64,000 nucleotides of DNA from an uncultured Candidatus Binatia bacterium (lineage in GTDB: Bacteria > Desulfobacterota > Binatia > UBA9968 > JAJDTQ01), in NCBI GenBank assembly GCA_965242525.1, contig OZ251459.1:1632001-1696000 (forward strand). The letters run 5' to 3'. Of this stretch, positions 54,622 to 64,000 are shown piece by piece (the first letter of the stretch is position 1; each line of letters starts with the position of its first letter). Made by a program: the position numbers and the translations under genes. A model generated the notes under the pieces. It was given only the letters and a program-made list of their open reading frames with translations, did no database searches and was not told the DNA's origin.

Positions 54622-55263
54622 TCATGCGCCGTGTCGGGAACCGTCCCCGGCGGGGTCCGGCGGGGCCGGAGCCGGTTCCGTTGCATCCGGCGCCGCCGCG
54701 CCCGGTTCCGCGGTATCCGGCCGGGCCGGCCCAGATCCGGCCGCGTCCGGCGCCGGGGACCCCGACAGGTCGCGCCACCGGACGGACACGCCCATGGCCA
54801 TGGCGGTCCGGCCGAACCGGTAGAGCGGGCCGACCAGGGCCGAGGAGCCGAACTCCTGCTCCACGTCTTGCGGAATCCACGCCTGGGACACCAGGAAGAA
54901 GAGCGCCACGCCCATGAACACCGCGCCCTTGGCGCCGCCCACCAGCAGGCCTCCCAGACGGTTGAAGCCGCCGAGGAACAGGAGGCTGGCCGACCTGTGG
55001 AGCAGGAGCCCCACGTAGTTGAGGCCGATGTAAACCAGGAAGAAGATGGCGACGAAGACGAGGACCTTGAGGAGGATCGGCGAGTAGGGCCAGAAATCGA
55101 CCCGGAGGGAAACGGGTTCGAAGTACCGCAGGGAGAGGATCAAGCCCACCGCAAGGCCCAGCAAGGCGAATACCTCCCGGAACAGCCCCTTGACGTATCC
55201 CCTTGCGGCAAACACGCACAGGACTGCCGCCAGCACTGCGTCAACGATGTTCACAGCGGCCAT
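54622..55263 (-). CDS. cvpA: CvpA family membrane protein
   Basis: NIVD...RGYVKGLFRE...NRLGGLLVG. Confidence 0.85.
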   Translation of the reverse strand: MAAVNIVDAVLAAVLCVFAARGYVKGLFREVFALLGLAVGLILSLRYFEPVSLRVDFWPYSPILLKVLVFVAIFFLVYIGLNYVGLLLHRSASLLFLGGFNRLGGLLVGGAKGAVFMGVALFFLVSQAWIPQDVEQEFGSSALVGPLYRFGRTAMAMGVSVRWRDLSGSPAPDAAGSGPARPDTAEPGAAAPDATEPAPAPPDPAGDGSRHGA

Positions 55264-55370
55264 GGAGGGCTGATGGTCTCGGGTCCCCGGCAGGCTCCCA
55301 CGCGAATCCTCCGTGACCTTGCGGGATCAGGCTCGGCCGGTGGTCGTCCCGAGATCCCGGTGCGGGACTC

Positions 55371-55571
55371 CTAGCGCCACTGATGACTTCGAGCGCGCTT
55401 CATGGCGCGTTTCTTGGCTGCGATGGCCTTCCTCTTGCGCTTGACGCTCGGTTTCTCATAGTGTTCCCGCTTGCGCAGTTCCGCCAGGATCCCGGCTTTC
55501 TCGCACTGCTTCTTGAAACGCCGGATGGCGCTCTCGATGGACTCGTTGTCCTTGATTCGAACCCCTGTCAT
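55371..55571 (-). CDS. rpsU: 30S ribosomal protein S21
   Basis: [32 protein letters not shown]. Confidence 0.97.
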   Translation of the reverse strand: MTGVRIKDNESIESAIRRFKKQCEKAGILAELRKREHYEKPSVKRKRKAIAAKKRAMKRARSHQWR

Positions 55572-55600
55572 ATGGTTTTTCCGCTCCCCAGGTCAGTCGC

Positions 55601-55628
55601 AATATAGCCAATCAGCCATCCAAGTCAA
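55601..55628 (-). promoter_or_regulatory. candidate promoter of rpsU-cvpA-dnaG-rpoD
   Basis: TTGACT-N16-TATATT. Confidence 0.5.
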
Positions 55629-56409
55629 CCCTGGACGCCCCTTTCGGGACCGGCTCCGGCGCGGGCGTCGAAAGACAGTGGAGGAAGAACTCCCGGTTCC
55701 CCTTGGGTCCGGGCAGCGGGGACGGGAACGCCGGGGCGCGCTCCAGCCCCAGGGCGTCCACCGCGGTCGCCACCTCGCCGACCACCCGCCGGCGCTCCTC
55801 CTCCGAGCGCACCACCCCGCCCTTGCCCACCTTGCCCTTGCCCACTTCGAACTGGGGCTTGACCAGGGCCAAGACTTCGAACCGGTCCGCCAGCAGCCGA
55901 CACACCCGGGGGAGCACCAGCCGCAACGATATGAACGAGACGTCCACCACCGCCAGGTCCGGCCTCTCCCCAAGGCCGCCGGGGTCCAGGAGGCGGATGT
56001 TGGTGCGCTCCAGCACCGCCACCCGAGGGTCCTGCCGAAGCCGCCAGTCGAGCTGTCCGTAACCCACGTCCACCGCATGGACCCGGGCCGCGCCGTGTTG
56101 CAGCAGGCAATCGGTGAAACCTCCGGTGGACGCCCCCACGTCCAGCGCCGCCCGGCCCGCGGGGTCGATGCCGAAGTGCCCCAGGGCCGCTTCGAGCTTC
56201 TCCCCTCCGCGGCTCACGTAGCGGGAACGCGCCTTGAGCCGCAAGCGCGAGTCGCGCCTCACCAGGGTCCCGGCCTTGGTCACGGGCTCGTCGTCCACCA
56301 GCACCGCTCCCGCCAGGATGTACCGGTGCGCCTCCTCGCGGCTGCGAGCCAGCGACGACTCCACCAGCACCCGGTCCAGGCGTTCCCTGGCCGTCCCCCT
56401 TCGCGTCAT
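55612..56409 (-). CDS. tlyA: TlyA rRNA 2'-O-methyltransferase
   Basis: S4 domain, YVSRGGEKL, DVGASTGGFTD, DVSFISL, LVKPQFE, GPKGNREF. Confidence 0.95.
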   Translation of the reverse strand: MTRRGTARERLDRVLVESSLARSREEAHRYILAGAVLVDDEPVTKAGTLVRRDSRLRLKARSRYVSRGGEKLEAALGHFGIDPAGRAALDVGASTGGFTDCLLQHGAARVHAVDVGYGQLDWRLRQDPRVAVLERTNIRLLDPGGLGERPDLAVVDVSFISLRLVLPRVCRLLADRFEVLALVKPQFEVGKGKVGKGGVVRSEEERRRVVGEVATAVDALGLERAPAFPSPLPGPKGNREFFLHCLSTPAPEPVPKGASRVDLDG

Positions 56410-56464
56410 CGTCCCTGCGCTCCCGGGCGCCCGCGGCGCCCCCTCATCCGCCCCCGCGTCTGCA

Positions 56465-56770
56465 TCACTCCGCGGGCTCCTCCTCCACGAACTCCTGGAG
56501 CCTGGACTTGCCGTCGGCGTCCCGGGTCAGCACCTCGATCCGCCGCTCGACCTCGCCGAGCTTCCGGTTGCAGACCCGGATGAGGCCGACCCCTTCCTCG
56601 AAGGTCGCCAGCGACTCCTCCAGGTTCAACTCTCCGCTCTCGATGCGCTCCACCACCGCTTCGAGGGACCCGAGGCATTCCTCGAAGCTCCGGTCCTCCC
56701 GCGGCTCGCCGTCCTCCTGCGTCCCGCCGGCATCCCGCGTCCCTTCCGTCTGCGCGTCTTCCTGCGACAT
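56465..56770 (-). CDS. xseB: exodeoxyribonuclease VII small subunit
   Basis: SFEECLGSLEAVVERIESGELNLEESLATFEEG. Confidence 0.93.
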   Translation of the reverse strand: MSQEDAQTEGTRDAGGTQEDGEPREDRSFEECLGSLEAVVERIESGELNLEESLATFEEGVGLIRVCNRKLGEVERRIEVLTRDADGKSRLQEFVEEEPAE

Positions 56771-56820
56771 CCCGAAACCCTCCCCGAGGCGATGCTCCGC
56801 GGCCGGACCCCAGCCTCCGG

Positions 56821-58047
56821 CTACTCCTCCACGTCCTCCACCTGGCAGACAGCCCGCCCCGCGGCGAAATCGACCCGCACGCGATGGCCCTTGCGGAGCG
56901 ACGAGGCGTCCTTGACGATGCCGCCGTCCGGGACCCGATACACGATGCTGTAACCGCGCCCCAGCACCGCCAGCGGATCCACCCCGCGCAACCGTTCTGT
57001 TAGGTGGCCCAGACGCTCCCGCAGCCGCGACACCGACTCATCCTGGCGGCGCAGCAACCGCCGGGAGAGGTCGTCCAGACGCATCTGCCCCTGGCGCAGG
57101 CCGCGGCTGGGGTCCGCCAACCGGCGGGCCCAGTGCCGCAGGCTCTCGCGCCGGCGCTCCATGGGGCCTTCCACCCCCCGCCGGAGGCGGCCCGAGAGCG
57201 CCGCCAGCCGTTCCGCCAGCTCGCGCCGGACGGGCGTCACCATCTCCGCCGCGGCGGTGGGGGTGGCGGCCCGCCGGTCCGCCGCGAAGTCCGCGATGGT
57301 CACGTCGATCTCGTGGCCCACCGCGGACACCACCGGCGTCCCGGCCGCGGCAATGGCCCGGGCCACCGCCTCCTCGTTGAAGGCCCAGAGGTCCTCCAGC
57401 GAGCCGCCGCCCCGTCCGACGATCATCACGTCCGGCAGGCCGCTCCCGTCCAGTTCCCGGATCCCCCGGGCGATCTCTTCCGCGGCGCCCTCGCCCTGCA
57501 CCCGCACCGGGCGGATCACCACCCGTCGGTCCGGAAACCGCTGCCCCAGGATGGCCAGCATGTCCCGCACCGCGGCGCCGTGGATCGAGGTGACGATGCC
57601 GATGGTCCGGGGCAGGAACGGCAGGGGCTTCTTCCGCTCCCGGTCGAACAACCCCTCCCGCTCCAGCCGGTTCTTCAACTGCTCGAAGGCGACGGCCAAC
57701 GCGCCCTTGCCCCGGGCCTCGGCCTCCTCCGCGTAGAACTGCACCGCGCCGCGCGCCTCGTACAGGCCCACGCGCCCGAAGCACACCAACTGCATGCCGT
57801 CTTCCAGGCGGAACCGCAGCCTCTCGGCGTAGCGGCGGAACATCACCGCGGCGATCTGCGAACGATGGTCCTTGAGGGTGAAATAGGCGTGTCCGGACGG
57901 AGCCGCGTACACGTTGGAGAGCTCCCCCGCCACCCACAGGCCGTCCATGCCCGTTTCCAGCCGGCCCCGGATGATCTCGTTGAGATCGCTGACCGACAGC
58001 ACCGCGGACGGTTCGGAAGCGGGGCGCGGCGAGAGGGGAAGGGACAT
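56821..58047 (-). CDS. xseA: exodeoxyribonuclease VII large subunit
   Basis: SGHAYFTLKD, GRGGGSLEDLWAFNEE, SAVGHEID, TPTAAAE. Confidence 0.95.
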   Translation of the reverse strand: MSLPLSPRPASEPSAVLSVSDLNEIIRGRLETGMDGLWVAGELSNVYAAPSGHAYFTLKDHRSQIAAVMFRRYAERLRFRLEDGMQLVCFGRVGLYEARGAVQFYAEEAEARGKGALAVAFEQLKNRLEREGLFDRERKKPLPFLPRTIGIVTSIHGAAVRDMLAILGQRFPDRRVVIRPVRVQGEGAAEEIARGIRELDGSGLPDVMIVGRGGGSLEDLWAFNEEAVARAIAAAGTPVVSAVGHEIDVTIADFAADRRAATPTAAAEMVTPVRRELAERLAALSGRLRRGVEGPMERRRESLRHWARRLADPSRGLRQGQMRLDDLSRRLLRRQDESVSRLRERLGHLTERLRGVDPLAVLGRGYSIVYRVPDGGIVKDASSLRKGHRVRVDFAAGRAVCQVEDVEE

Positions 58048-58054
58048 GACGGCT

Positions 58055-59365
58055 TCAGGCGGCCTTTCCCGGACGGGCCAGCCCCCGGAAGATCTCCCAA
58101 CCCTTGAGCAGCTCCATGGCGCGCTCCACCAGGGGGTCGCTCCGGAGCCTCCGGACCATGTCCTCCCGGACGGTCGCGCCCTCCCCCGGACCCTCGCCCC
58201 CGTCATCCTGCCTGAGGCCCTCCGACCGCGCCTCTTCGGCCCCGTCCCCCGGCCGGGGCTGCGCGCTCGGGTCCATGACGATGTCCGGCCGGATCCCGGT
58301 CTCGTGTATGGACCGGCCGTTGGGGGTGAAGTACTCCGCGGTGGTCAGGCGCAGGGCCGAGCGGTCGTCCAGCGGCAGTATGGTCTGGACCAGCCCCTTG
58401 CCGAAGGTCCGGGCGCCCACGACCAAGGCCCGCTTGTGGTCCTGGAGCGCCCCGGCGACGATCTCCGAAGCGCTGGCGCTGCCCCCGTTCACCAGCACCA
58501 CCATGGGGAAGTCGGTGCGGGAACCCTCCCGGGTGGCGGGGAACTTCTGCTTCTGCCGCTCCAGGCGTCCGTCCGTATAGACGATCAGGCCGGAGTCGAG
58601 GAACAGGTCCGATACGCTCACGGCCTGGCCCAGGAGCCCCCCCGGGTTGTTGCGCAGGTCGAGGATGAGGCCCTTGACCGCGCCGTCCTCGGGTTCGTTC
58701 CCGGCCACCGCCTCCGCGAGGTCCTCGCCGGTCCCGTTCTGGAACTGTGCGATGCGCGCATACACGAACCCCGGCTCCAGCACGTGGGCGCGCACGCTGT
58801 TGATGCGGATCACGTCCCGAACGATGGTGAAGGTCAGGAGCTTGTCGTGGCCCTTTCGCCGGACCTGGATGGTGACGCTGGTTCCCTGGGGTCCCCGGAG
58901 GCGCTTGACCGCCTCCCCGAGGCCCAGGTCCTCGGTGGACTCGTCGTCGATGCCCACGATCTGGTCGCCCGTCCGCACTCCCGCCCGGGCCGCGGGGGTG
59001 TCCTCGATGGGCGAAACCACCGTCAGCAGGCCGTCGCGCACGGTGATCTCCAGGCCGAGTCCGCCGAAACGCCCCTCGGTCTCGGTCTGGAGCTCCTGGT
59101 AGGCCTCCTCGGTCAGGTACCCGCTGTGGGGGTCCAGGGACCTCATCATCCCCCGGATGGCCCCGGCCACGAGGGTCTCGGTGTCCACCTCCTCCAGGTA
59201 GTTCTCCCGGACCATGGCCAGGACGTTCGCGAAGGTCTCCAGGCTCCGGTAGCCGTCGGGCCCCACGGCCGAGACCCGGGGCGCCAGCAGCCCCGCAACG
59301 AAGAGGACCCAGCCCAGGGCGAGAAACCAGCCATACATGCGGTGCTTCCGATACCAGGAGCTCAT
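58055..59365 (-). CDS. ctpA: S41 carboxyl-terminal processing protease
   Basis: LDPHS, PDZ GGLG, DLRNNPGG, SASASEI, TFGKG. Confidence 0.93.
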   Translation of the reverse strand: MSSWYRKHRMYGWFLALGWVLFVAGLLAPRVSAVGPDGYRSLETFANVLAMVRENYLEEVDTETLVAGAIRGMMRSLDPHSGYLTEEAYQELQTETEGRFGGLGLEITVRDGLLTVVSPIEDTPAARAGVRTGDQIVGIDDESTEDLGLGEAVKRLRGPQGTSVTIQVRRKGHDKLLTFTIVRDVIRINSVRAHVLEPGFVYARIAQFQNGTGEDLAEAVAGNEPEDGAVKGLILDLRNNPGGLLGQAVSVSDLFLDSGLIVYTDGRLERQKQKFPATREGSRTDFPMVVLVNGGSASASEIVAGALQDHKRALVVGARTFGKGLVQTILPLDDRSALRLTTAEYFTPNGRSIHETGIRPDIVMDPSAQPRPGDGAEEARSEGLRQDDGGEGPGEGATVREDMVRRLRSDPLVERAMELLKGWEIFRGLARPGKAA

Positions 59366-59443
59366 GGTAGGGTCTCCTCCGGTTGACGGTCGGTTGATTC
59401 TAGACCTTGGCGCCGCGAACGCAAACCCCGCGCCCCTCCCGGC

Positions 59444-60652
59444 TCAGCGCTGCCGGCGCCTGGCCGAGCGCCCGAACCGCGGGAACGGGTCCACCGGCTT
59501 GCGGTTCTTCCTCATCTCGAAATAGAGACGGGACTCGCCGGACGATCCACGCTCCCCGACCCAGGCGATGCGCTCGCCTCGCTCCACCCGGTCTTCCTTC
59601 GCCTTGTCGAGTTCCGAGAGGCGTCCGTAAACCGTGTGGTAGCCGCTGCCGTGGTCGATGACGAGCATCCTGCCGTAGCCCGGCATCCGATCGACGGCGA
59701 GCACCCGGCCGCGGTCCATGGCGCGGACCTCGGCGCCCGCGGGGGCGGCGATGTCGATGCCCGGAAGGTGGACCTCCAGGTCCAGCTCCGGGTGCTTGTG
59801 GGCGCCGAACCTGCTGACGATCCTGCCCCTGATCGGGATCTCCAGGCGTCCGGCCCCGGTGACGCCCGGCGCGGATGCGGCGACGCGGCCCTTGTCGTCC
59901 CCGGGGTCCTCCGTTCCCTGAACGGGGTCTCCCGCGAGGTCCGGCGCCGACCCGGATTTCTTGATGAGCCGGTCCAGACGGCGGCGGGACCGTTGCAACT
60001 CCTTCTCCAGGTCGGCGAGACGCCGCCGCTTGCGCGCCCGCTCATCCTTCAGTTCCGCCCGCAACGCCGCCACCTGGTCGCGCTCCTCGGACAGCTTCCG
60101 CCGACGGGCGCCCACCTCCTTGCGGAGGTCCCGGCTCCGACGCGCGTCCCGGGAAAGGCCGCGGACCAGCTCCCGGTCCCGGTTCAGCACGGTTTCCAGG
60201 AAGCGCTTGCGCCGCATCAGCTCGAGCGCCGAGAAGTCGCCGTTGAGGAGCACGAAGGGCGTTCCGGCGCGCCGCCAGCGGTAGAGGGCGCGCACCCGGC
60301 CGGCCAGGGCCCTCCGGCCCTGCTCCAAGGCCGCGGCGGCCTCGCCGGACGCCTCCACCGCCCGGTCCAGCTCCCGTTCCTGCCGCGGCAGGAGCGAGTC
60401 CAGGGTCTTCAACCGCCGGGTCTTGCGGGCCAAGTCGGCTTCGATCTCGCCCAGCACCTCCAGCACCGACGTCCGGCCCCGCCGGACCCGGTCGAGGGCC
60501 TCCCTTTCCTGCCGGATGCGCCGCTCCGTCTCCCGGGGCCGGTCCGTCTGCTGCGCCTGCGCGGGCCACGAGCAGGCCAGCAAGAGGCAGAGGCCGGCTG
60601 CGGCCGCGCGGCCCGGGGGCAAGGCGCGGGCTTCGGTCCCGGGGAGCGTCAA
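59444..60652 (-). CDS. envC: EnvC-like murein hydrolase activator (coiled coil + degenerate M23)
   Basis: Follows ftsX with TTGA overlap; GIDIAAP, LYFEMR. Confidence 0.82.
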   Translation of the reverse strand: MTLPGTEARALPPGRAAAAGLCLLLACSWPAQAQQTDRPRETERRIRQEREALDRVRRGRTSVLEVLGEIEADLARKTRRLKTLDSLLPRQERELDRAVEASGEAAAALEQGRRALAGRVRALYRWRRAGTPFVLLNGDFSALELMRRKRFLETVLNRDRELVRGLSRDARRSRDLRKEVGARRRKLSEERDQVAALRAELKDERARKRRRLADLEKELQRSRRRLDRLIKKSGSAPDLAGDPVQGTEDPGDDKGRVAASAPGVTGAGRLEIPIRGRIVSRFGAHKHPELDLEVHLPGIDIAAPAGAEVRAMDRGRVLAVDRMPGYGRMLVIDHGSGYHTVYGRLSELDKAKEDRVERGERIAWVGERGSSGESRLYFEMRKNRKPVDPFPRFGRSARRRQR

Positions 60653-61541
60653 ACCAGGAACCTCCTCACCGACAGCAGGCTCCCGGCGATCCCCAGCAGC
60701 CATCCCATGACCACCAGTTGCACGCACTGCCGGGGGTCCAGGAACGCGAGCTGCTCCACCGGCGCCAAGGCCCCGAAGGGGGCCAGCGCGTCCGCGGTCA
60801 GCAGGGAGAACGACGCCCGCAGCAGGACCAGGGCGGCGCATCCCCCCGCGAGCCCCTGTATCATCCCCTCGATGACGAACGGAGCCTTGATCAGCCCGTC
60901 CGCGGCCCCCACCAGTTGCATGATCCGGATCTCGTCCTGCCGCGACACGATGGCGAGCTTGATGGTGCTGCCGACGATCAGGCACGCCACCAGGAAGAGG
61001 AACCCGCCGAGCACCCACTTGAGCCATTCGACGCCGACCATCAGCACCCGCACCTTCTCCAGCCAGGTCTCCGGGTACTCCACGTCCTGGACCCCCTCCA
61101 GCGCCTCCACGCGCCGGGCCAGTCCCAGCACCGCTTCGCGGGAACGGAAAGCGGACCGCAACTCCAGGTCCAGGGAGGCGGGGAGGACCTTCGAGTCCAG
61201 GCCCTCCAGGATCCCGGACTGGGCGCCCAGGGTCTTGCGGAAGTCCTCCCAGGCGCGCTCCCTGGACACGTAGCGCACCGCCTTCACCTCCGGGTAGGAG
61301 GCCATCCGGGCCCGGAGGGTCTCCGCGGCCCCCGGGTCCACCCCGTCGCCCAGATAGACGAACACCTGGATCTCGTCGCTCCAACCCTTCACCAGCCTGC
61401 CGAGGTTCTCCTGGACGAGCAGGAACCCGCCGAACACGAACAGCGTCACGGCCATGACCCCGGCGGTGAGCACGTGGGTCCACAGTAGCTCCCGCAGGCT
61501 CCTGATGACCCGGACGGCCACGAACGGGACGTAGGCGCTTC

Positions 61542-61545
<4 letters not shown>
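60649..61545 (-). CDS. ftsX: cell division permease FtsX
   Basis: RQDEIRIMQLVGA...PFVIEG; ATGA overlap with ftsE. Confidence 0.92.
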
Positions 61546-62222
<677 letters not shown>

Positions 62223-62459
62223 GGAAGTCCGGGAAGAGTCCGGAAATACCGTCTTTACGACGCCTTCCGCCTTGACATCGCCGCCGGACGGCTGGTACCG
62301 TGGTGGAAATGCGTCCGTTGCCGGTTCCGGGTCCTCTCGACGCAGGCAACAGTAAAACATTCCCGGAACGAAAAGGAAAACCGCGGCGAGGCAGGCGCGG
62401 CCTGCGCGCCGCCCGTTCCCCGCGCGCCAGGACGCCCGCTCGATGAGGAGTTCCACCCC

Positions 62460-64000
62460 ATGAAGATCCTGTTCGTCAACCCCCGCTTCCCGAACTCGCT
62501 GTGGCGCCTGACGGGCATTACCGACATCCTGCCCCAGCGCTGCGCGCAGACGCCGTTGGGACTGCTCACCGTGGCGGCGCTGACGCCGCCCGACTTCGAC
62601 GTGGAGCTCCAGGACGAGAACGTCCGGCCCCTGGAGACGGAAACGGACGCCGACGTGGTGGCCATCTCGTGCTGGAACATCCAGTACGCCCGGGCCCGGG
62701 AGCTGGCGCAAGGTTTCCGGGAACAGGGGAAGACCGTGGTGGTGGGAGGCCCGTACCCGTCCCTGTGCCCGGAACGCTTCACCGACGGGCTCTTCGACGT
62801 GGTCTTCGACGGCGAGGTGGAGATCACTTGGCCGCAGTTCTGCGACGACCTCCGGTCGGGGAGCTACCAGCCCCTCTACAAGCAGGAGGGCAACATCGAC
62901 ATCACCCTCTCGCCGGTGCCGAGGCTGGACCTGGCGTCCCGGGACGACTACCTCTACTACTTCCTGCAGACCACCCGGGGCTGCCCCTTCAAGTGCGAGT
63001 TCTGCGACATCATCATCACCGACGGGCGCGTGCCCCGGACCAAGAGCGTGGAGCAGGTCCTGACGGAGATCCAGACGGTGGCGTCGGTGGGCGGGGCGCA
63101 CATCAGCTTCTCGGACGCCAACCTCATCGGCAACATGCGCTACGCCGAGGAGTTGCTGACCGCGGTGGCGGACTTCGGGCGCGCCAACGGCTACCCCATC
63201 AACTTCTCGGGAGAGATGACCATCAACGTGGCGGAGAAGCCGCAACTGCTCCGGTTGATGCACGACGCCAACTTCACCAGCGTCTTCCTGGGCATCGAGT
63301 CGCCCCGGGTGGCGAGCCTCACCGAGACCCAGAAGCGGCAGAACACGCACCGGCCGCTGATGGAGAGCATCCGCAGGATCCAGTCCCACAACATGGCGAT
63401 CCTGGCCGGCATGATCGTGGGCTTCGACAACGACGACACGCACATCTTCCGGGAACAGTTCGACTTCCTCCAGGAGGCCGGCATCGCCTTCACCACCAGC
63501 GGCGTGCTCACCGCCATCGAGAAGACGCCCCTCTACCACCGCATGGAGAAGGAGAACCGGCTGATCCCGTACGACTCCGCCCAGATGCGGGGGCACGGTT
63601 CCGCGGACCTGAACTTCGTCCCCAAGCTGATGACCGTGGAAGAGGTGCAGCAGGGTTACAACTGGCTGATCCGCAGCCTCTACAAGTACGAGAACTACGG
63701 CGCCCGGCTGGCCACGGGAGTCCGGCAGTTCCGCCCGGAGTACCAGCGCCAGGGCCGGGGCCGCGTGGACCGGGAGATCCTCGGGGTGCTGGCCAAGACC
63801 ATCCGCCACTACGTGTTCACCACCGACCGCGTGCGGCGCCGCTTCTTCCTGAAGACCCTCCGGCAGATCCTGTGGCCCCGTCCCTCGTTCGAGAAGCTGG
63901 ACTACGCCGTCAGCTACATGATCTCCGAGAAGCACTTCCACGACTACGTGGAGAAGACCCACGGGGACCCGGAGACCGTAGCCGCGGCCCCCTTTGCGGA
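62460..64000 (+). CDS. B12-binding radical SAM protein (runs off window; absent from the ORF track)
   Basis: MKILFVNPRFP...PLGLLTVAA, GGPYPS, TRGCPFKCEFC (CxxxCxxC), FLGIES, IVGFDND. Confidence 0.9.
   Translation, partial: MKILFVNPRFPNSLWRLTGITDILPQRCAQTPLGLLTVAALTPPDFDVELQDENVRPLETETDADVVAISCWNIQYARARELAQGFREQGKTVVVGGPYPSLCPERFTDGLFDVVFDGEVEITWPQFCDDLRSGSYQPLYKQEGNIDITLSPVPRLDLASRDDYLYYFLQTTRGCPFKCEFCDIIITDGRVPRTKSVEQVLTEIQTVASVGGAHISFSDANLIGNMRYAEELLTAVADFGRANGYPINFSGEMTINVAEKPQLLRLMHDANFTSVFLGIESPRVASLTETQKRQNTHRPLMESIRRIQSHNMAILAGMIVGFDNDDTHIFREQFDFLQEAGIAFTTSGVLTAIEKTPLYHRMEKENRLIPYDSAQMRGHGSADLNFVPKLMTVEEVQQGYNWLIRSLYKYENYGARLATGVRQFRPEYQRQGRGRVDREILGVLAKTIRHYVFTTDRVRRRFFLKTLRQILWPRPSFEKLDYAVSYMISEKHFHDYVEKTHGDPETVAAAPFA

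Overview
High-GC bacterial window; gene content and order suggest a deltaproteobacterial, possibly Binatia-like, lineage (inference). The housekeeping core is gltBD, a DEAD-box helicase, ftsE-ftsX-envC-ctpA-xseA-xseB-tlyA, rpsU-cvpA-dnaG-rpoD-tRNA-Ile2 and a B12 radical SAM gene. There are many catabolic paralogs: 2 TPP enzymes, 3 amidohydrolases, 2 Mo-hydroxylase large subunits, an amidase, a cupin and an SDR. Two defence islands are present: an orphan DUF1156 adenine methylase, and a type I RM locus littered with toxin-antitoxin remnants. The main unexplained structure is a ~134-bp non-autonomous element with 18-bp terminal inverted repeats (GGAACCTCTGAACAATCG), 4-bp target duplications and an internal REP-like hairpin. 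Element plus duplication is 138 bp (46 codons) and has one open frame on each strand. It sits in-frame three times inside DNA-modification genes (twice in the DUF1156 methylase, once in hsdS) without breaking them. Other highlights: a rhodanese with UGA at its catalytic Cys followed by a SECIS-like hairpin (likely selenoprotein); ~370-bp direct repeats carrying a dead GIY-YIG nuclease fragment on both sides of the methylase; and five TA modules with the toxin destroyed or missing while antitoxin sequence is kept (one fused to HsdM).
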